In this document: positions 55,087 to 64,000 of the stretch, piece by piece
How the letters are laid out: every line of letters begins with the position of its first letter
Numbering within the stretch: the stretch's first letter is position 1
Assembly (NCBI GenBank): GCA_001642005.1
Contig: LWCA01000008.1
Location: forward strand, 1-64,000
Direction of reading: 5' to 3'
Source: Intoshia linei
Taxonomy: Eukaryota; Animalia; Orthonectida
Length of the DNA: 64,000 bases
Notes under the pieces: generated by a model
Database searches by the model: none
What the model saw: the letters and a program-made list of their open reading frames with translations, nothing else
What the model was told of the DNA's origin: nothing
Program-made: the position numbers and the translations under genes

Positions 55087-57282
55087 TTTAATATTCAAAA
55101 TTATATCGAATTTATGCAAAATAATTAACAATGAAAATATTTAAAAAATTTACTTTTACGTCAAACATTTTATAATTTTTAAATTTAATTAATCCACATT
55201 TAGTGGTGGATTAAATCAAATTGATTGAATGGAAAGCTGCAATATTAAGAGTGTAAAGTCAAATATTTAATTAATCAAAATTAAAGGTAATACTTATTGA
55301 ATCGAAATTAAATTTAATCAATAATATGAATAAATTTCAAAAATTTTAGTTAATATTATCATAAATTAATAAATAATGGATAGTTGCTTGATTTCTAGAA
55401 AAAAGGAAAGTAGATGTAAAAATACTATTAACACAGAATTTTTTTATTTAACAGTCACAATTTGCCATATATTTCATTCTTTAGATGGATATGTTCAGTT
55501 TAAAATTGCATGCACTTGAATACTATGTTCTTTAATAATGAGCGAATGAAATTTGTGTGAATGTGCGTGATACAATTTTTATTGAAATAATACATTTGTA
55601 TGTTGATATATGCAGTACATTAAGGTGTGTCTCGTGATATTTCAAGAATATTAAGTAATTATTATTGTTGAACTATCATAATGCTTAAATAATTAAGTAC
55701 TTTTTTACGCATAGTGTATGTAGACTAGGGGTTAGTGATTGTGATTTCCCAGGAAAAATAAAAATTTTTTATTCATATATAACATAAAAGCATTACAAAT
55801 TATAGAGACCTTAATTAATTTTAGAAACCAAAAGAAATTTAATTAGTGAAATAACACGAATCTAGATTGAAATTTACAAATTTAATTAAAAAAAATTTTA
55901 TTTATTTTAGATTGTTGAAAAAGTGTTTCAAAACACACATAATATTGATAAATTTGTCTGTTAAACGCGTTCTACGTTTTGTAACGAAATATTACTCGAA
56001 ATTTTTTTAAAATAGAGGCCTCATTTTTTCTATTTGAGCATTAAAAAAATTATTTTCTATTTAATATATTTAATATTAATACATACTATTTATATAATAA
56101 CATTTATTATGTATCATATTATTTTTTGTATTACATTTAATTTGTCAAGTGAAGAGCCTTGGATGTGTGGCTAGGGACTATGTGAAATTATGAAAAACAT
56201 TTAGGGTATTTTTCGTTTTCGGTTGACATGGAACTTTTTACCTTCGGCTATGGGTAACAAGTTTTTAGTACAAATAGTATCACCGAAATTTCATTTTTAT
56301 TTAATTTTTATTTACATCATTAAAAATATTCATTGCTGTGTTATAAATATTGTCACTATGCATATTATTTAAATTTTGATTTAATATTATTTGAGCAGTG
56401 CTACCCAAACGGGTCCTTGTGTTTTTTTTAAATTATAGGGTTCTTTTCTTTTCCTAAAAAGGCTAACTGGGGTTTTGAACATGAATATGTACGTTTCCAA
56501 GACTAAACTACGACGATATTAATTATAACTAAAATAATTATTTTAAAACGCGTCCTAGGAATTATGTGATTTAAAGCTGTAGGACTGATTTTATTTTATT
56601 TTTTAATAAAAAAGAGTAATTTTGGGTTTTGGACCTAAAGGACTATTATAAATCTCAGAGTATATGTTCATTAAACATTGTTCAATACCTTTCAATGCCA
56701 AACCATAGGCGACTGCTGTGGTAGTAGATATATGGCTGGGACGGCATTTGGTTACAAAACTAAGAACGGTATATGCTTCATAAACACCACCATGGATTCT
56801 AAAAATGTATTGGAAAAGTATTTCCTGTCTACTTAGTACAAAAAGCATTCTAGCTCGCAGAGGTTGGACATTTTTATTATACCAAAAAAAAATTCAATAA
56901 TAAAATCTTAATTAAATATGCTGCTCATTATTAACAATCATTTAAAGGTGTTTCCAAACTTATTACACGTGGACCCGTCAAAGCAAACAAAGCATATTAG
57001 ATAAGTATGGATTTTGTTTAAAGTCGCAATGTTCGAATCATAGGATGTTTATGACTATTACAGTAATGCCATTTATCATTAACGTTTAAAAAAATATCAA
57101 TATTATTATATAAGTGTTATTGATTATAATTTATAAATTATTCTCCTGGGAAATTCTAACGTTTATACAAATCACATAAGGATAATATATATTTATTTGA
57201 AATTTCGACATTTACTAAGAGTATTAAGTAATTAAGCTATTCTACATACAATGTAATTATTGATGTTAGTTTTTAATATATT

Positions 57283-57803
57283 CTATCCATATCTAAAATA
57301 AAAATACATTGATACAAGTCAATTAAATGTAATATTAAGACATGATATTAGGAAATAGAAATTTTACTGTCTAAAAGCAAAAATAATTTTAATATTTAAA
57401 TAAACAATGTAAAGTTTTCATTAATTAATAATTCGTCACTATCCCATTTTGGTAAAATGGTAATACCAGAAATTCAAAATATATTTTTAATATTTTAAAA
57501 AATTCTAATGAAATTCTAATAATCCACACAATGGACATTAAAAATATTACACATGATATACATGTATGTCACAAATGTACTTGTATCATTTACATGTGAT
57601 GAAATAATAATAATATTTTACCTTGGCCTGTTCATTTCCATTAATCTTATTTGTATCGTTTTTAAGACATCATCAAAACTTTCATTTTCTACAGAACCAT
57701 CCTCATAAGAATTAATAAAGTCATTAATATTAACTATTCTGCTATATATTGTAGTACCAACTACAATTATAATCACTAAAAATACAAAAAAATTATATTG
57801 CAT
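57283..57803 (-). CDS. NPY/NPF-family neuropeptide precursor B; exons 57622-57803 and 57283-57292; 63 aa
   Basis: MQYNFFVFLVIIIVVGTTIYS|RIVNINDFINSYEDGSVENESFDDVLKTIQIRLMEMNRPR^YG*; CCA AG|gtaa...tttag|A TAT GGA TAG; same 182+10 nt coding exon structure as copy A. Confidence 0.83.
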
Positions 57804-58822
57804 TGTGAATTTATTTATGCTTAATGTATTTGAGTTGTTTAATGTCAAAATAAATATATAATGATAATTTCTAATGATAAAAGTGCACCCATAACATAAT
57901 AATTTAATTGTATTGCTAATCAATTTACATTAACATACATTGTATATTATAAGATTGCTCAATAATTTGCAAACATTATTATAGTGCGTTATTAAATTAT
58001 ATTTTTATTGATTTCTCATATGTATGTACAGTATTGTATATAATACATAATGTATAAGGTTTTAATAAATTTTTTAATGTGAACAAATGTATCAATATGA
58101 AATCAACCAGATTATATTGCATTTAAAATTTAAACAGATTAATTTTGTTGTATAGATTACATTTGATTGCAAACGACATTATTGACTAAAACGTGGCGTT
58201 TTTGTTCTCGACCAGCCAACTAGTTTAATATTTTCGGCAGTTCAACTCTTGTGTGACAAGAAAACTCACTTTCTATATAGTTTCACGCTAATCTTTTCAT
58301 TACTTTTAAATCACTATCAGAACAAGACTAATAACCAGGGATGGAGATAGCAAGTAATTTTTAAATTAACTGGAAATAATAGTTATTAATCAAGAACATG
58401 GTGAAAAGCTAGGAGCCATATGGTTTGGGTCTACAATCATGAGGGGCCTACCTTTAAATTTATTAATACTGTAATATTAGTAGTAATACTAGTAATATTG
58501 AAAAATTTTTAATTATACCACGATTATTATTATACCAAAAATTTTTATATTAACATAACAGTCCAATAGTTATTTTTAATTTAAATAAATTTACTTTTTT
58601 GGAAATCCCAAAGTTAGTTACTTAAGTTAAGTAGACAATTTTTTAATTTTTGTATTATTTAGAATTTTAGAACGAATTATATTTTATCATGATTTTTTTA
58701 TTAAATTTTTAAATTTTAAATTTAAATTTTAATTTTTTTAAATATCTTAGTAATAAATTATTACTATAAATAAATATTTTACCAAATTTGTCCTGCTATT
58801 TTTTGAAGCGATTGATCCTGAT

Positions 58823-59113
58823 AAGGTGTGTCAATTATGCATTGTCGCCCGCGTTATAATATAAATTTTTATTTTTATAACAAAAATTTTCAAAATTTCT
58901 TTTTTTAGTTTTTTTATATATTTTTCATGATTACAATGATAAAATTTTTTTATTTGTTATACACTTATTTCATTACTATTATTTCTTATTTTATTTTATT
59001 AATTAATTAAAACTGTTAGTTTAATAATAGTTTGAGTAGATATTTTTTGTTTGGTTCGCGTAATAATTTTTTTTCATATTTATCGCGCCAAGCAAATTGA
59101 GTCTGACACCCTG
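58823..59113. mobile_element. Small hAT-like MITE
   Basis: Right terminus TGACACCCTG, degenerate left terminus, TSD atcctgat/atcctgac. Confidence 0.5.
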
Positions 59114-59292
59114 ATCCTGACGATTCTTACAGATTTTCTTAGGTTTAGGTATGACAAATGAGAATATTGTATAAAATTTCGCCGGCATCACCACTGGTAA
59201 TCAACTGATTAAATCAGTAGGAATCGAAAAATGTGATTTAACAATTTATAATTTACAGTACAAGTTCATTTATTAGTGTTATGGAGTCTTCA

Positions 59293-62200
59293 TTACTTGG
59301 TCATTTGTAATACTTTATTATGAGCTCGTTCATTGGCTAATGCTAGATATCGTATATTTTCAATACACCCTGCAGCAGCTTCTTGTAAATTTCTGTCATC
59401 GCTTCCAACCATTTCAAGTAAAGTCTATTTAACAATATATAATTTAATTATGCAAATATATTTAAAATCTAATGCAATGCAGTTTTTACCAAATGGGGAT
59501 TAAGCCCACAGGATTTCAATAATTTACAAACCATTAAATTCCATGGACCTCAAATAAAACAATAATGCATGATAATGAAATAAAAAGAATGTTTAGGCTA
59601 ATAATTATTTGAATAGTACCGATACAACACCATGATCGTGCATCGTAATGCAATTATCTGGATTTTCGGATAATCGATATAACGCTCTAGCGGACGATCT
59701 GTGCACATTTTCATCTTTAGAGGACAAATAGTCTACAAGTGGTCTAACAGCACCAGCTTCGCCAAGTAACTCTCTATTTTTGTGCCAACTGCAACACCTA
59801 GCTATAGCTTCAGCTAAATTAAATATAATATATATACAAAATTTTATTCCTTTAAAAAAATTAAATTACCTAAATGAGTACGGAGTAAATCATCATTAGT
59901 GTCAGTCAAATTTGCTAATAAGGGAATCACACCATGATCGGTTATGACGGCTAAATTTTCCTCATCGTTAGCAATGTTCGCTATAGCAGCACATACACCG
60001 GCCAATAAGTAGACATCATCGGATTTTAGTAGACTAACAATTAATTCCAATCCACCAACAAATGATCGAATCATTTCTCCAGCATCCTATATTTTATTAT
60101 TTATTTCCGTATATTATCGTAATTTTAAATTTAAAAAATTAATTTTCTTAGAAAATCTTTCCGAGAGTGACGGTGAAAAAACGTTTGGGAACCAATGACT
60201 TACCCAATATAAATTAAAAATTATTTATATAATATTTTCTATAAAAACCAGAAAAATGCGACCCAGAATACAGAATATTCAAGTTTTTTACCCAACTACA
60301 TTTGTATTTGATGTATTATTAGTAATAATAATTACGTCTAAATTTTCTAAATAACGTAGGGCATGAAAACTACATAATATGTAGTACTAGGGTGTCCAGT
60401 GGACATGATTTTATTATATTTTATATGACACCAGTGTTTTTAATGATGTTTGAATTCCCCATAAAAAACAGCATAATTATCTATAGAAACAAAATAAAAG
60501 CTGATTAGCAGTGGATCACTCAAGCTAAAATTTTTATGACAACCACACATTTTTTTTTAAATTAACATAACTAAGATATAAATAATTTCTCAAAATTTTA
60601 GATGTAACCTCTATAACAATTTAATCTATAGATTTATTTACTAGGCAAATTTAAGTATACCAAAGTTGTGTATTTAAATTTTAAATTGATTTAAACATTT
60701 ATGCAAATATTTCGCTAAGTGATTGTAAAGTGAATAATCTTTTCTGAATTTCAGAATCTGAATATATAATTGTGCTCATATTTACAAATTAGAAATTAAT
60801 TTAACAATTATTAAGAAATTTAATACTCGAAAATATTAATTATTTTTTTTTTTTTAATATTTTTCTAATTTTTCAAAAAATATATAAAATCAACTCGGGC
60901 TTTGCCCGAGTAACCCGAGTTGGAGAGTCGCCACTGCTGATTAGTATATATAAAATACAGTAATATTTTAAATGTATCCTAACATTTTTGGTATCAATTT
61001 CAATAATTACTTTTGAGGCGGTAAATATTAATCAATTTCATTTTTATGGGTGATAAATGCTTAAAATAAATAAGGCATCCACATGCAAAAGGGGTGATTC
61101 AAATAAAAAAAAAGTGGACATCCTAATGTAGTATATATACACATTATATACACACATATTATCACACTTTCGTTAATAAACGTATAATGATTTACATTTC
61201 ACTGAAAAATTTATATATTGCAATAGTACAATGCAGCGAATTCACAAGTAAAATATTTAAAAATATACAAAATTTTTATATACGTTATCTCAAAAATAAT
61301 AAATCATACCTTCATATTTTCAATGCACGGACATATGGCCCATGCAGCACTGGAAACCACCTTCTCATTGTTGCTTTTTAAAAGTGACCACAATAGACGA
61401 ACACCATCAAGTCTGTCAATCAATCTAAGATTATAATAAATGATTTTAAACTACAGTTTGAAATGAGCAGTTATAATTAAGTTTGCAAGATAAGTAAAAA
61501 GCCGATAAAGCCATGTGATTTATCGTATACGAGTAGTCACCGTAGTAGTAGTATTATAAAGTTTGATAATAGTGTAGTGAGTCACTATGAAACCCATTTT
61601 AAGACAGAAAAACTAAATAATATTATAACATACCAGGTTGACTCTTATGTACTACGTACAAAAAGCATTTAGCTCTGCCGAGGGCACATTTTCATTCTAC
61701 AGAAAAATTAAATTTACGTTGAAAATCTAAACTAAAAAATCCTACTATTCACTATTATCAATCCTTTAAAAGAGTGGTTCCCAAACTTGTTTCAGGTGGA
61801 ACCGTCATATCACACTACTTTTTATTTTAAAGTGAATTATTCCATCTTAATTTTTTCATCTGATTTTCAAAAAAAGGATAATTGTGCTTTTTGATCCTTA
61901 AGATGTGAGTTTGGGAAATTGAAATTTATTTTGCTAACATCCCCCGGAAAAAAACTATAATTGAAAAGTGGACTTTATAAAATTCTAAGACTGGTAGTGA
62001 CTATCAATAACTACTTTCAATAAATGTTATTAAAATAAAAAGTAACACACACACAAACAAATAATATATAATGCATAGCATATTATATAAGTAAGGAATC
62101 CTTACTTATATAATAGTTACTAAGCTTACCTTACTTAACTTTACCATACTAAGGATTAACCCCTACATATTGACTATCACAGAATTTATGTTTTATAAAA

Positions 62201-63910
62201 CTTTAAGACATATTTAATTTTTGAAACAAAGGGTAAATTGGTGTTTTTGACCCTGAAGTTATACGTTTCTGACGCTAATATAAAATAAAATGTTAATGAA
62301 TTTAAAACGCGCCCCAGAATGTTGGTTTTTATCAAATTTTTGTGTTAATTTTTTTAAACAAAATGGGAAATTGGGTTTCTGACCCTAAAGGACTCAAATT
62401 CTAAAACTAAAAAATAGATAAAAATACGCTCTGGGAAAAACTATATTAGAAATTGAAAAATTTTTCAATAAATGGTTACATATACAGAAACACACACACA
62501 TTCATTTTTTGTTGTTTTTGAAACGCACAACCCGAATCAACACACACCTATAAGAATTGAAAGGTTTAGTGCTATGTCTCGTAAATATTATCAAAAAATT
62601 ACGGTATATTGTCCGGATCTATGGCGCATTGACCGACAGCTTTTGTGACATTTACCAATAATACATGATTAGTTCCAATCAACAAGTTCACAAGCTGTGG
62701 TATTCCTCCTGATTTACGAATAGACGATCGATTAAATTGATCTTTAGCCAATTCTGCTAATGCACCAACTGCATTAATTAAAACCTAAACATTTGTATTC
62801 AAGTAATAAAATAATTTACAATTTCAGGTTGATTATTCAATAAAGAGACAAGTCTTTCAATAACTTTTAAATCCCTAAACTTTTTAACATTTTCAGGGCT
62901 AATTGAACATTTCCAAATGGCACCTGTGGCAGCGGACAAAATCTCCTTATTGTTTGATGAATCATTGATTAAAGCCACTAAAGGTTTCAATCCATCGTGT
63001 TGGCGAACTAGATCTCGACTTTCCACATCTTCAGCACACTAAAAATTTGATTCACTACCAACTAACAACTAATTTACCTTAAAAATAGCATTGGCTGCGT
63101 GCATTTTTAACTCTTCGTTTTTACTATTTAGATGTTTAACTAAGTCTTGAATCATTTCTTCTTTACGAATGGCGATTCTGTAATATTTTTCACTGGCGCA
63201 TTCTTCTAAAGTACCCACTGTTGGTATAAGCATGCGATCATTAGAAGATTTTAATAATCTAGCCAATATCTTGATAGCTCCGGCATCGCTGATTGCCTTT
63301 TTATTCGATTTACTTTTTGAACAACTCCACAAAGCGAGAACGCCACACCTAGCCAATTCAAAATTTTTTTCATTTTCCAGCATTGATTTTTTACTTACTT
63401 TTGCAGTAGTATCTTCAGCAGGTAATTTATGCAAAAGTGAAACCTTAATAAATACACTTAATTTTGATAAAATATTAAAATACAATTTTATCGATTCCAC
63501 CATTTTGCCGTACTGTCGTTCTAGCTCTTTTAAATTTTGCTACATTGGAAATAGTTTCGGCGGAAAGGCATTGCAAATCTTTATCAGGATATTCCAAAAT
63601 TTTAACCATTACCTTTAAACCTCCCAAATCTGCAATCACTCTTCTAATGTGTGGATTGATTGATATTTCTTTCAAAATTTTTAAAGATCCAATCTAAACG
63701 AATATTAAAATCTAGACCAACACTGTTAAAACATTAGATACACGTTTATTTCAATAATAAAACCTTGCACTTGATTTCATGCGTATCCAAAAGATTTATC
63801 AATATTTCCAATCCACCGACATCTTTAATAGCATATTGACAACTTTCAGTGGCTAAATTGAATTCACGCATAGAGCATAAAGCTATAATTGTAGCAGTTT
63901 GATTTCCAGC
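59293..63910 (-). CDS. ARMC4: Armadillo repeat-containing protein 4 / outer dynein arm docking complex subunit 2; 3' exons only, 5' part lies beyond the window
   Basis: ARM-repeat exons [108 protein letters not shown]...[26 protein letters not shown]...LALANE. Confidence 0.95.
60509..60936. mobile_element. hAT-type MITE (family A) in an ARMC4 intron
   Basis: Perfect TSD ctgattag (60501-60508, 60937-60944); termini CAGTGG / AGAGTCGCCACTG; inverted sister of 1588-2012. Confidence 0.85.
61633..62097 (-). mobile_element. Internally deleted Helitron with both termini in an ARMC4 intron
   Basis: 5' TCCTTACTTATATAATATGC; 3' TGTACGTAGTACA...CAACCTGG|T (fits CTRR). Confidence 0.8.
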
Positions 63911-64000
63911 CTAAAATTTAATAAAATAATTATGAAAAGTAGTTAGATATTCAGAGGGTACACGCCATCAATGGTGACTCACAACATGCATTTTTAGAAT

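Noticed and set aside
57804-57923. N-terminal extensions of the neuropeptide ORFs in the track (57923 and 55131 starts)
   Set aside because: These use non-ATG starts; ATGs at 57803 and 55086 give matching signal peptides and identical exon lengths.
63232-63618. Plus-strand ORFs 63232, 38358, 31032 and 27877
   Set aside because: Antisense shadows of ARMC4 and FHAD1 exons.

Overview
Very AT-rich eukaryotic (animal) genomic DNA with intron-split genes, some introns only 35-54 nt, and many transposon remnants. There are no prokaryotic features. Genes I can reconstruct by manual splicing: a goosecoid-type K50 homeobox gene (5466-9020, +) whose intron holds a TTAA-flanked piggyBac relic; CLHC1 (-); an intronless dynactin p50/DCTN2 (+); a ~17 kb FHAD1 (-); a secreted LCAT/LPLA2-family acyltransferase (-); two tandem 63-aa NPY/NPF-type neuropeptide precursors (-), each completed by a 10-nt final coding exon that the ORF track misses; and the 3' part of ARMC4/ODAD2 (-). 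Non-coding space is dominated by a non-autonomous Helitron family (A|TC...hairpin-CTAG|T), into which several hAT MITEs are nested. Mariner, Tc1, pogo, hATm and piggyBac relics are also present. The most notable item is the divergent tandem RPRY-amide neuropeptide pair. The organism cannot be determined here; composition and tiny introns fit a compact, fast-evolving invertebrate genome (an orthonectid such as Intoshia is an unverified guess). All homology calls come from recognising motifs by eye, not from database searches.
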